From NCBI GenBank assembly GCA_963666115.2, contig CAXXET010000004.1, forward strand, positions 224,001 through 288,000: a stretch of 64,000 nucleotides of DNA. The letters run 5' to 3'. The notes below the pieces were generated by a model, which searched no databases, had not been told where the DNA came from, and was given only the letters and a program-made list of their open reading frames with translations. Within the stretch, counting starts at the first letter, position 1; each line of letters begins with the position of its first letter. The translations under genes were made by a program, and so were the position numbers. Source of the stretch: Dehalococcoidia bacterium. GTDB taxonomy: Bacteria; Chloroflexota; Dehalococcoidia; UBA6926. Positions 50,409 to 59,079 of this stretch are shown in pieces.

Positions 50409-50815
50409 TGTATCTGTTGGACACGGACGTGCTCTCAGCTCTGAGACGCCGTCAACGAAATCCGGCCGTTGAAGAATGGTACACGCGGCAGAGCAGTTCC
50501 GATCTGCACATAAGCGTCATCACTCTCGGCGAGGTCCAAAGGGGTGTTTCACAGGAGGCGCGGCGCAATTCCGAGTTCGCGGACGATCTTGCCAAATGGT
50601 TCCAGCGAGTTGTCACAGAGTTTGGCGATCGAGTCCTGCCGGTTGATTTGGGGGTGGCACAGTGCTGGGGGCAGTTGACTATCGATATCGGCAACAGGAA
50701 CCCTGACTTGCTGATAGCCGCGACGGCGTTGGAGCGCGGCCTGACCATCGTCACCCGCAATGTCCGCCACTTTGTGCCAACCGGCGTAAGGATCGTCAAC
50801 CCGTTCGAAGCCTAA
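50408..50815 (+). CDS. vapC: VapC/PIN toxin
   Basis: MYLLDTDVLS, TLGE, DLLIAATA, TRNVRHF. Confidence 0.92.
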   Translation: MYLLDTDVLSALRRRQRNPAVEEWYTRQSSSDLHISVITLGEVQRGVSQEARRNSEFADDLAKWFQRVVTEFGDRVLPVDLGVAQCWGQLTIDIGNRNPDLLIAATALERGLTIVTRNVRHFVPTGVRIVNPFEA

Positions 50816-50875
50816 CCGCAGTTCGGCCCGCCCCTGCCCTGACGTTGTTTGCATAGAATCGGTATGATTCTATGC

Positions 50876-51358
50876 ATGGATGATATTCTTCGGATTCTTG
50901 AGCAGGATGCGCGGACGCCGCCGGAACGCATTGCGGAGATGACGGGGCGGTCCGTTGAGGACGTGCGCGCCGCTATCGCGGAGGCGGAACAGAACAGCGT
51001 CATCCTGTCGTACCGTTCCCAGGTCAACTGGGACGTGGTCGGCAGCGGCGGCGTTCATGCCCTCATCGAGGTGAAAGTCGCGCCGCAGCGGGACGTCGGT
51101 TTCGATTCCGTTGCGACGCGCATCGCCCGGTTCCCGGAGGTGCGCTCCATGCACCTGGTCTCCGGCGATTTCGATCTCGCAGTCCAGGTAACCGGAGAGA
51201 GCATCTACGCCGTATCCAACTTCGTGACGAACAAGCTGGCCGTGCTCGATGCCGTGCAGGGAACGGTGACCCACTTCATCCTCAAGCGGTACAAGGAAGA
51301 CGGCACGCTGTTTGACACCCGCGACGATGGGCCGCAGCGCCTGCCGGTTTCGATGTAG
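50876..51358 (+). CDS. Lrp/AsnC family regulator
   Basis: HTH followed by RFPEV....VSGDFDL...THFILKRYK; paired with an aminotransferase. Confidence 0.88.
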   Translation: MDDILRILEQDARTPPERIAEMTGRSVEDVRAAIAEAEQNSVILSYRSQVNWDVVGSGGVHALIEVKVAPQRDVGFDSVATRIARFPEVRSMHLVSGDFDLAVQVTGESIYAVSNFVTNKLAVLDAVQGTVTHFILKRYKEDGTLFDTRDDGPQRLPVSM

Positions 51359-51364
51359 GCGCTG

Positions 51365-52564
51365 ATGATGCTGTCCACCAACAACACGGCCGCGACGTCG
51401 CGGCGCCGCATCGCGCAGCGCGTGGAGGACATCCCGCCGTCCGGCATCCGCAAGTTCTTCGACCTGATCGCCGGGCAGGAGGGGATTATCTCGCTCGGCG
51501 TCGGCGAGCCGGATTTCGTTACGCCGTGGCATATCCGCGAGGCGGCGATTGATTCACTGGAACGCGGCCACACGCATTACACGTCCAACTACGGCACGCC
51601 TGAACTGCGCACGGAACTCGCCGCCTACCTTGAACGACTCTACGGCGCGCGGTTTGATCCGCAGTCGGAGTTGCTGATAACAGTGGGGGTGTCGGAGGCG
51701 TTGGACCTCGCGCTGCGGGCGACGCTCGACCCGGGCGACGAGGTGATCACGGGCGACCCGTGTTACGTGGCGTATTTCCCCGTTGTGCATATGGCGGGCG
51801 GGGCCTTGATCACCGCGCCAACGACGATGGAGGATGAGTTCCAACTGCGGGCATCCGAGGTTGAGAAACTCATCACGCCGCGCACGCGGGCGCTGCTGAT
51901 CAACAACCCGTCCAACCCGACCGGCGCGGTGCTGGACAGGGCGACGGTTGAGGAGCTGTCCGAGATGGCCACGCGCCATGATCTGTTGGTGGTTGCGGAC
52001 GAAATCTATGACCGGCTCGTCTATTCGCCTGATGAGCCGTTTACGTCGTTTGCCTCGTCAGAGGGGGCGCGGGATCGGACGCTCGTTCTCGGCGGATTCT
52101 CAAAGTCGTTTGCCATGACGGGCTGGCGCGTCGGTTATGCGGCCGGCCCTGCGGACATCATCGCGGCCATGATGAAAGTCCACCAGTACACGATGATGTC
52201 CGCGCCAACGTCGGCGCAGGCAGCGGCGCTGGAGGCGCTGCGCGACGGCGACCGCGACGTCAGCGAAATGCGCGAGGCATACGATCAGCGGCGGCGACTG
52301 CTGGTTGAAGGGCTGCGTCGCATCGGCCTGCCCTGCGTGGAGCCGCGCGGCGCGTTCTACGCATTCCCGTCCATCATGCCGACGGGCATGTCGTCAGAGG
52401 AGTTCGCGGAGAATCTGCTCAAGGAAGAGGGTGTCGCCGTCGTGCCGGGCAGCGCGTTCGGGCCGTCCGGCGAGGGCTTCGTCCGGTGCTGCTACGCTGC
52501 CAGCGTCGAGGACATCGAAGAGGCGCTCACCCGCATGGGGCGGTTCGTGGAGCGGCACGCGTGA
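51365..52564 (+). CDS. Class I/II PLP-dependent aminotransferase
   Basis: SLGVGEPDF, NNPSNPTG, DEIY, GFSKSFAMTGWRVG. Confidence 0.93.
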   Translation: MMLSTNNTAATSRRRIAQRVEDIPPSGIRKFFDLIAGQEGIISLGVGEPDFVTPWHIREAAIDSLERGHTHYTSNYGTPELRTELAAYLERLYGARFDPQSELLITVGVSEALDLALRATLDPGDEVITGDPCYVAYFPVVHMAGGALITAPTTMEDEFQLRASEVEKLITPRTRALLINNPSNPTGAVLDRATVEELSEMATRHDLLVVADEIYDRLVYSPDEPFTSFASSEGARDRTLVLGGFSKSFAMTGWRVGYAAGPADIIAAMMKVHQYTMMSAPTSAQAAALEALRDGDRDVSEMREAYDQRRRLLVEGLRRIGLPCVEPRGAFYAFPSIMPTGMSSEEFAENLLKEEGVAVVPGSAFGPSGEGFVRCCYAASVEDIEEALTRMGRFVERHA

Positions 52565-52601
52565 GAGACGCAGCATAAGCCGATATAGGAAACACGCCCG
52601 A

Positions 52602-52629
52602 TGGATTCCGGCTTTCGCCGGAATGACGG
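52602..52629 (-). repeat. REP-like family B
   Basis: tggattccggc-tttc-gccggaatgacgg, the reverse complement of the family B core. Confidence 0.8.
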
Positions 52630-52664
52630 AAAAGCACCCAGGCGGAGGGAAGGTGGGCTGAGCG

Positions 52665-53393
52665 ATGGTCGAGCAGGGATCGAACGGCCACGGGAATCCG
52701 CCGACGGCGAACGGGCCGGGCGAGCCGCCGCAGGACGATGATCTCGTCGTCACATTCACCGGCGTCTCGGCCAAGCCGAATGAAGACGGCACTATCGATC
52801 TCATCATCGGCACGAACCGCGGCGAGATCCAGGCGATTCTGCACCCGAAAGAGGGGCAGGACGGGGCGGTCATCTTCGTGGGCGGCGGGCGCGAACTGAA
52901 GGGGCCGGCGGACGGCATCTACGAGGAACTGGCCGGAACCCTTACCGACAAGGGCGTGACATCGCTGAGGTTGGGGCAGCGGAGGCCGGAGGTGTTCATC
53001 GAGGCCGTCGCGGACGTGCTGGCGGGAATCTCATTCATGCGGGGCATCGGCGCGCGGCGGCTGGCCCTCGTGGGCCATTCGTCCAACGGCGCGGTGGCCA
53101 TAAAGTCCGCGGCGTTCTCGCCGGATGTCGTGGCCGTGGCATCGCTGTCTGGCCAGACGTTTGGCGCGCAGGACGTGGCGGAGATCGCGCCGCGCCGCCT
53201 GCTTGTGGTGCATGGGCAGGACGATGACGTGCTGCCGTATTCGGACGCAGAACGCATCTACGAGTGGGCGGGGGAGCCGAAGGAGTTGATCCTGTATCCG
53301 GGCGCGAACCATGGGCTGAGGGAGGCGGGGGCGGAGTTAAGGGAGAAGCTGGGGGAGTGGATCGCGGAGGTTGTGGGGCCGGCGGCGGGTTAG
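52665..53393 (+). CDS. Small alpha/beta hydrolase
   Basis: LVGHS, LVVHG.DD.VLP, YPGANHG. Confidence 0.82.
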   Translation: MVEQGSNGHGNPPTANGPGEPPQDDDLVVTFTGVSAKPNEDGTIDLIIGTNRGEIQAILHPKEGQDGAVIFVGGGRELKGPADGIYEELAGTLTDKGVTSLRLGQRRPEVFIEAVADVLAGISFMRGIGARRLALVGHSSNGAVAIKSAAFSPDVVAVASLSGQTFGAQDVAEIAPRRLLVVHGQDDDVLPYSDAERIYEWAGEPKELILYPGANHGLREAGAELREKLGEWIAEVVGPAAG

Positions 53394-53719
53394 GGTTCGG
53401 TTTCGTCTTCGCCGAAGACGTAGCGGACGCGGACGTAGCCCTCCTGGGCGGCGGGGGCGTTGGACAGCATCTCATCCCGGCCGTATGACTCGCGGTCCGA
53501 GTCTTCCCGGTAGACGTTGGTGACGTCGATGGCGTGGCCTGTCGGCTCGACGCCCTCGGTGTCGACTTCCTGCAGCGCGGACACGCTCTCGATGATGGCG
53601 TCAAGCTGGCCGCCGAACGACTCGATTTCCTCTTCGGTCATGCCGACGCGGCTCAACTCCGCCAGCGAGCGCGCAAGCTCCGGGCCGGAGCGGGCGTTTT
53701 CCCTCTCGTCCTGGTTCAT
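53390..53719 (-). CDS. gatC: Asp/Glu-tRNA amidotransferase subunit C
   Basis: LAELSR...QL..I.....L.EVDTEGVEPT.H...NVYRED...L.NAP...GY.RV. Confidence 0.88.
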   Translation of the reverse strand: MNQDERENARSGPELARSLAELSRVGMTEEEIESFGGQLDAIIESVSALQEVDTEGVEPTGHAIDVTNVYREDSDRESYGRDEMLSNAPAAQEGYVRVRYVFGEDETEP

Positions 53720-53823
53720 TCTCAGGATGCTCCGCACGATTTCACTGATGGTCAGCGGTTATTGTACTCCGATTGGGGCGGGGTCTGTCTCCTTTCGGTT
53801 TGGGGCTTTCTGCCTGGTCTTGG

Positions 53824-54307
53824 AGGGAACGCATCGCTGCCGGTTCCTGGCTGTTCGTCGGTTCGGGCCGGTGGCGCGCTTGGGTCGCAGCCAGGGGACG
53901 CCTGACGCTGGGCGGGTCTGCTGCGCCTGCAGTTTCCTCGCCCCATGTTGGGTGGACACGGGCCTTTCGATGGCGTTGGCCGTGTCCGCCTCCCGCCAGG
54001 CGATCACGTCGCCGGACGGGAAGTTCGTCCCTCGCGCGCAACACGCGGTTAACGTGAGCGGCGGCGGTCCATCCTCGCACAGCCGCGATGCCACTTCACG
54101 GATGTACGGCATGCCCCTAACGCAAATGCCGATGGCACTTGACCCGCGTCGGACGTTGCGCAGGGCGGCCCGCCAGGGTCATGGCATGTTTTGGGCCGCT
54201 ACGCGCTCCCGTCAGCCCACCGTCACTGATCGCCCGTGGCCACGAGCAAACCCGTCGTGGTTTCCTGGCCGGGTATGTTGAGGAACCTTGGCAGCGATGC
54301 GTTCTCT
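53824..54307. ncRNA. Candidate large structured non-coding element closed by ~25-bp imperfect terminal inverted repeats
   Basis: 53824-53848 pairs with 54281-54307, with nested helices inside; no credible ORF. Confidence 0.5.
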
Positions 54308-54408
54308 TTTCCCGTGCAGGGGGCGCCCTCCTGTGCGCTCCCGGGGATGGTGGTGGCGGCGGGGTTGTCGACGTTTCCCGCCACTGGGGGTATGGCTCGA
54401 CGTGGATG

Positions 54409-54438
54409 ACTTTAGGACAGGTGTTTGGGGCGCGTCAA
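54409..54438 (-). promoter_or_regulatory. Putative sigma70 promoter pointing into the structured element and gatC
   Basis: TTGACG-N18-TAAAGT. Confidence 0.35.
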
Positions 54439-54447
54439 ATGGGGGTG

Positions 54448-54474
54448 TCACCCTTCGACAGGCTCAGGGTGAAC
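54448..54474 (+). repeat. REP-like family A, copy 4
   Basis: tcacccttcgacaggctcagggtgaac, identical core to copy 1. Confidence 0.85.
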
Positions 54475-54487
54475 TGGGGGGCATCTC

Positions 54488-57400
54488 TTACCTGTCCGCC
54501 CGCTTTTGTGTCCCTTCCCCGTCCGGCTCCAGGAAGACAACGCGCGTTTTCTTGCCGCCGTGAATCTGCGGCTCACGGGCCAGCTTGCGCCTCAGCAAGT
54601 CAATTGGCCCACCGTCGTCGCACAGGCTTTCCGGCAACCCAAGCACGTCAACCAACAAGCGGCGATCCAACTCCGCCCGCGCTGGGTCCTCATCGATCTG
54701 GTCGAACGGCAGAAAGCGGCGGTCTTGCAGAGATTCAAACGCATCTTTGGCGGCTGCAACCTGCTCTGCTGAAAGTTTCGTCGCGTCAAGTGTGGGGATG
54801 TTGGGGATGCCGGTGACCGTTGTTGTGCCACGGCCCGATTGCGTCTTGTTTGACACCCACCAGTGCAGGAGGAGGCCAAGCGTCGAGTTGCACCACAAGG
54901 CGAACGCGTACTCATGATCACGGTTTTCGAAGATTACCGACGGCCAGGCGCGGCCACCGATGGCGGGTCGTTCGGTCATGGCAACGATGAGGGATTGGGA
55001 GTTGAATCGCAGATCGCGGTTGTAATGCGCGCGGGTCGCTGTGCCCCAAATGCGGGCAGCCCGATTTCTGAGTTCATCTTCGGTCACTCCGCCAGCAGCG
55101 CGCTTGATCCTGGCTTCAGAATCGGGAACGATGACCAGGTTGCGCTCTTCCCTGGCCTCGTGCGCCCAGAGCATCGGATACGTCGGCACCGGCGTGGCAG
55201 CGGGCTTGATCAATTCGAACGGGCCGCGCGGCGTTCCATCGCGAGTCTGTTCCGTAATGTCCCGGTCAACGGGGCCGCGGTTCGCGATTTCGCCCAATGT
55301 ACTGATGGGCAGCTGAAGACCCTCTGCAAGTGACTGCCCACCCTGGATTAGCGTGCCTTGCCTCAAGCGCATTGCAGCCTTCGCCAATTCCACGTCGACG
55401 ATGCCTGCCAGTAGCCACGGGCCTGACTCCGGCAAGGGCGCATCGACCACCACACCAAATGAACTTTCGCCCAACTGAATGTCGGTTACACCATTGGCTT
55501 CCTCAAACCGCCGAACGAGGCCTGCCTCCAGCAGCCGCCTGACTTCCGTTCCAAGCAAGTCTCCCGCTGCGGCGGACTGAACTTGCCGGTTCAGTACCAC
55601 GAAGGCGGCCCGTTTCTCATTGCTAGCGCACGACGCGGACTCCGTTTCCGAAGCGCGCCTTGCCACCAGCAGACATTCGGCCATGCCCGTGCTTGCCGAG
55701 AACGATGACGCATAGCTGCCCGGACTCGCGACCGTGACGACGATGATGTCCTCATATTCTTCGCGCCACCGGGCGCGGATTGCATTCCATGAACTGCCGC
55801 TCAGGGCGCTGAGAGGCAGCACCATGGCAACCGTTCCGTCGTCGCGAACCTTGCGATGGGCCAGTTCGACGAACTCGGATGCCTCGCCGGCATTGCCGTG
55901 CGACGGCGCTCCCCTGGTCAACTCCCTGACGCGGGCTGACATCGCTTCCTGTTGCTCCGGAGTCGTCTCGAAGGCGGCGAACGAGGGTATGGGCACGTCG
56001 GCGTGACCGGCCTCATGGTTGGTGGGGCGGGTAAAGGGAGGGTTCATGATCACGAGATCGAACTTGCCGTGACCGACCCGCGACACCAGGTTCCGGACTT
56101 CCTGGGGCGCGCGCCCTCCTGCTGAAACGGCGGCGGCGGTGTCCATCAACGACCATTGCACCGGCTCCTCCAGCAGGTCCAGGGAGCCGACGGCGATCTT
56201 GTGGTTCTCCTCTTGACCGTTGGAAATATCGCCGTTGCTGCGCCTGCCGTTGGACGGGTCACCATTATTCATGTAGCCGTAGGGCATGGTCAGGAGGCAC
56301 TCGCCGTCGAATGGCGTATCAGGGTGACTGCCCGCCAGCATCGCCGCAGTCAGGTGAACGGCAATGTTGACCACATCCAGCCCAACCAGACCGTGACGCA
56401 TCATGGGGCCGTGCAGCGTGCGCGGATCCCCGCCGTGCAGTTCGTGCAATAGCGACATCCGCTGGTAGGCCGTGGAGAGCAGGGTTCCGGTGCCGCAGGC
56501 AAAATCGCCGATCTGGGCGCCGGCCAGGGTGTCGCCGTCGCCCCAGTCCGCGCCGCCGAGCGGTTTATGCGCGGGGAGAGCGAGCGACGCAAGCAAAGCC
56601 GCCGACTCGGGCCGCGTGTAGTACGTCGCGAGGAACTGCCGGTCGGCTATGAGTTTCTGGAACACGATGCCTGTCAGGTCATGGGAACGGGTGACGCCGC
56701 CGGCGACCAGCGCCCGCGCTGTTTTCCACAGATAGTCGAGAACGTCGTGCGCCGTTGCCGTCGCCATACTGCGCACGATCTCCCGCGCCGACCAGAATAT
56801 CGGCCAGTAATTGACTTTGAGAATACGCTCCCATTCGTCGCACAGGTCGCCGTGCGCAAAGAGGCCTTGCCAACGGAACGTTTCGACATCACGCACCCTG
56901 CGCTCCGTCCCTCCATCCCGTTCCCGCACCGTGAAACCGGATTCGGACAACGCTTCATGGAAGACGAGCGCGTTCGCAATGACCGTCATGGCCATCCGGC
57001 GCGTCTGTCCATCCGTGTCGTCTGATTGGCCCAGGACGTCTGCTATGCGTTCTCCCAGTTCGGCGCCGAATGCGTGGCGGCGCGTCAAGCGTTCGGCAGC
57101 TACCCGAACGCCATTCTCCAGCTCGGTAGCCAATGCCTCGATTCGTGGGGGCGGGACGGCGGCGCGATGCACGAGCATGGCCAGATCACGGACGCCGCCG
57201 CGAATCCACCCCGCTGACGGCAGGCGGTCAGGCGGACCGTCGAGCTGGTGAGTGTATAAAGCGTATTCCAGGTCACGCGTGGTATCGATGGCGTCGCGCA
57301 GCATGGGGCCGTCCAGATTGTGGATGGCGTTCGGATAGACGAGGGCAATCGCGGTCTCGATATGCCGGCCCGTGCCGGCGACGGTCTGGCCAAGGCGGTT

Positions 57401-57613
57401 CACCGCGTCGAGTTCGGCGCTCAGATGGTTGCTGCGCTCGGCCTCGATGACGACAGGCCAGCCACTGGCTTCTTCGATGAGAATGTCCGGGCGGCCACCC
57501 TCCTCCAGGACGTTGCCCGTGCGCTCAGTGCGCGTCGTCCAACTCCGGCGCAGCCCGTCCAGCACCTCGCCAAGGGCGACGTTCAGCGTGTGTTCATGTG
57601 TGGCGGTAGTCAT
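54488..57613 (-). CDS. Single-chain type II (IIG/IIL-like) restriction-modification fusion
   Basis: N-terminal RPDILI...IEAE nuclease-like motif; YYT.P, DFACGTGTLL, MNPPF; C-terminal TRD-like region. Confidence 0.8.
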   Translation of the reverse strand: MTTATHEHTLNVALGEVLDGLRRSWTTRTERTGNVLEEGGRPDILIEEASGWPVVIEAERSNHLSAELDAVNRLGQTVAGTGRHIETAIALVYPNAIHNLDGPMLRDAIDTTRDLEYALYTHQLDGPPDRLPSAGWIRGGVRDLAMLVHRAAVPPPRIEALATELENGVRVAAERLTRRHAFGAELGERIADVLGQSDDTDGQTRRMAMTVIANALVFHEALSESGFTVRERDGGTERRVRDVETFRWQGLFAHGDLCDEWERILKVNYWPIFWSAREIVRSMATATAHDVLDYLWKTARALVAGGVTRSHDLTGIVFQKLIADRQFLATYYTRPESAALLASLALPAHKPLGGADWGDGDTLAGAQIGDFACGTGTLLSTAYQRMSLLHELHGGDPRTLHGPMMRHGLVGLDVVNIAVHLTAAMLAGSHPDTPFDGECLLTMPYGYMNNGDPSNGRRSNGDISNGQEENHKIAVGSLDLLEEPVQWSLMDTAAAVSAGGRAPQEVRNLVSRVGHGKFDLVIMNPPFTRPTNHEAGHADVPIPSFAAFETTPEQQEAMSARVRELTRGAPSHGNAGEASEFVELAHRKVRDDGTVAMVLPLSALSGSSWNAIRARWREEYEDIIVVTVASPGSYASSFSASTGMAECLLVARRASETESASCASNEKRAAFVVLNRQVQSAAAGDLLGTEVRRLLEAGLVRRFEEANGVTDIQLGESSFGVVVDAPLPESGPWLLAGIVDVELAKAAMRLRQGTLIQGGQSLAEGLQLPISTLGEIANRGPVDRDITEQTRDGTPRGPFELIKPAATPVPTYPMLWAHEAREERNLVIVPDSEARIKRAAGGVTEDELRNRAARIWGTATRAHYNRDLRFNSQSLIVAMTERPAIGGRAWPSVIFENRDHEYAFALWCNSTLGLLLHWWVSNKTQSGRGTTTVTGIPNIPTLDATKLSAEQVAAAKDAFESLQDRRFLPFDQIDEDPARAELDRRLLVDVLGLPESLCDDGGPIDLLRRKLAREPQIHGGKKTRVVFLEPDGEGTQKRADR

Positions 57614-57679
57614 AGCAAGTCTGCTTAGAGACTACACCAGAAACGAAGGTCGCCCCGGCACTCCCAGAGAGTGGGGGGA

Positions 57680-59056
57680 TTACTCTTTCTGTTGGCGGCG
57701 GATGGCCTCGTCGTGCTCGATGCGGGTTTTGATTTCGGCTTCGAGGCCTTGGTCTGTCGGTTCGAAGTAGCGATGGCCCTGAACCGGGTCAGGCCGCATC
57801 TGCTGGTCAACGACGTGGCCTGGGTAGTCATGGGGGTACTTGTAGCCATTGGCGTAACCCATGCGGCTCATCAGCGGGTGGGGGGCGTTGCGCAGGTGGA
57901 GCGGCACGGGCAGCGCGCCAGTGTTGCGGACATCCTGCTGCGCGGCAAGGTAGGCCTTGTAGGCGGAGTTGCTCTTGGGCGCGGCGGCGAGGTAGAGGCA
58001 TGCCTCTGACATGGGCAGGTAGCCCTCCGGCATGCCGACAAAGTGGACGGCCTGCTGGCAGGCGGTGGCGACGCTGAGCGCCATCGGGTCGGCCAGCCCG
58101 ATGTCCTCTGCCGCAAAGATCACCATGCGCCGCACGATGAACAGCGGGTCTTCTCCGCCCTCCAGCATTCGCGCCATCCAGTAAAGGGCGGCGTCCGGAT
58201 CGGAGGCGCGCATCGACTTGATGAACGCGGAGATGATGTTGTAGTGCTCCTCGCCGCCCTTGTCGTAGCGGACGGCACGGTGCTGCATGGCGTCCTCAAT
58301 GGTGGGGAGGTCAATGACGCGGCTGCCGTCAGGCTCCGGCAGCGTGGCGCTGACGGCCACTTCGAGGGCAGTGAGAGCCGCGCGGGCGTCGCCATCCGCC
58401 ATGGAAATCAGGGCGCTTTCCGCATTGTCGTCCAGCCGCGCGTTCAAGTGGCCGAGACCCTGCTCTTCATTGGTCAGAGCGCGGTCGACGAGTTCTCGTA
58501 TCTCATCTTCGGTCAGGGCATTGAGGGTGTAGACGCGCGAACGGGAGAGGAGGGGCGCGACGATCTCAAACGAGGGGTTCTCCGTCGTTGCGCCGATGAG
58601 GGTGACGGAGCCGTCCTCGACGTGCGGCAAGACGACGTCCTGCTGCGACTTGTTGAACCGGTGGATTTCATCGATAAACAAGATGGTGCGCTGGCCGGTG
58701 AGGCCGCGGCGCTGGCGGGCGTCGGCGAGGACGCGACGCAGGTCCGCGACGCCGGATTCGACGGCGCTGACAGGCTCAAAGTGGGACTGGGTCATGTGGG
58801 CGATGATTTGCGCGAGCGTGGTTTTGCCGGTGCCCGGCGGGCCCCACAGGACAATCGAGGGAACCTGATCGGCCTCTATCGAGCGGCGGAGGACATGGCC
58901 TTCGCCGACGATGTGCTGCTGGCCGACGAATTCATCGAGGGTTGTGGGGCGCATACGGGCGGCGAGCGGCGCCTCACGGGACAGGTGGTCTTCCCGCTGC
59001 TGCTCGAACATGTCGGGCTTGACTGCGGGGGAGGGCTTTGGGGTTCGCCTTGCCAT
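57680..59056 (-). CDS. rarA: Replication-associated recombination protein A
   Basis: PLAARMRP, WGPPGTGKT, DEIHRFNKSQQD, TTENP, SAFIKSMR.SD, EDIGLADP, VPLHLRNAP. Confidence 0.95.
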   Translation of the reverse strand: MARRTPKPSPAVKPDMFEQQREDHLSREAPLAARMRPTTLDEFVGQQHIVGEGHVLRRSIEADQVPSIVLWGPPGTGKTTLAQIIAHMTQSHFEPVSAVESGVADLRRVLADARQRRGLTGQRTILFIDEIHRFNKSQQDVVLPHVEDGSVTLIGATTENPSFEIVAPLLSRSRVYTLNALTEDEIRELVDRALTNEEQGLGHLNARLDDNAESALISMADGDARAALTALEVAVSATLPEPDGSRVIDLPTIEDAMQHRAVRYDKGGEEHYNIISAFIKSMRASDPDAALYWMARMLEGGEDPLFIVRRMVIFAAEDIGLADPMALSVATACQQAVHFVGMPEGYLPMSEACLYLAAAPKSNSAYKAYLAAQQDVRNTGALPVPLHLRNAPHPLMSRMGYANGYKYPHDYPGHVVDQQMRPDPVQGHRYFEPTDQGLEAEIKTRIEHDEAIRRQQKE

Positions 59057-59079
59057 TTCGTTGCCGCCTTTGGGAATCA

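Noticed and set aside
53264-53400. G-quadruplex or telomere-like GGGTTAGGGTT
   Set aside because: Lies within coding sequence at a convergent stop overlap, occurs once, and is covered by the skew observation.
53742-54112. ORFs of 112-117 aa upstream of gatC
   Set aside because: No family motifs, Arg/Pro-rich shadow composition and no RBS.
54348-54384. tmRNA/tRNA 3'-end remnant or att site (minus strand ...CCCGCCGCCACCACCA)
   Set aside because: The T-arm does not fit TTCRA geometry, and there is no second copy or integrase; likely chance in GC-rich DNA.
53760-54400. T-box leader for gatC
   Set aside because: No UGGNACC antiterminator bulge, no convincing stem I motifs and no U-tailed terminator before gatC.
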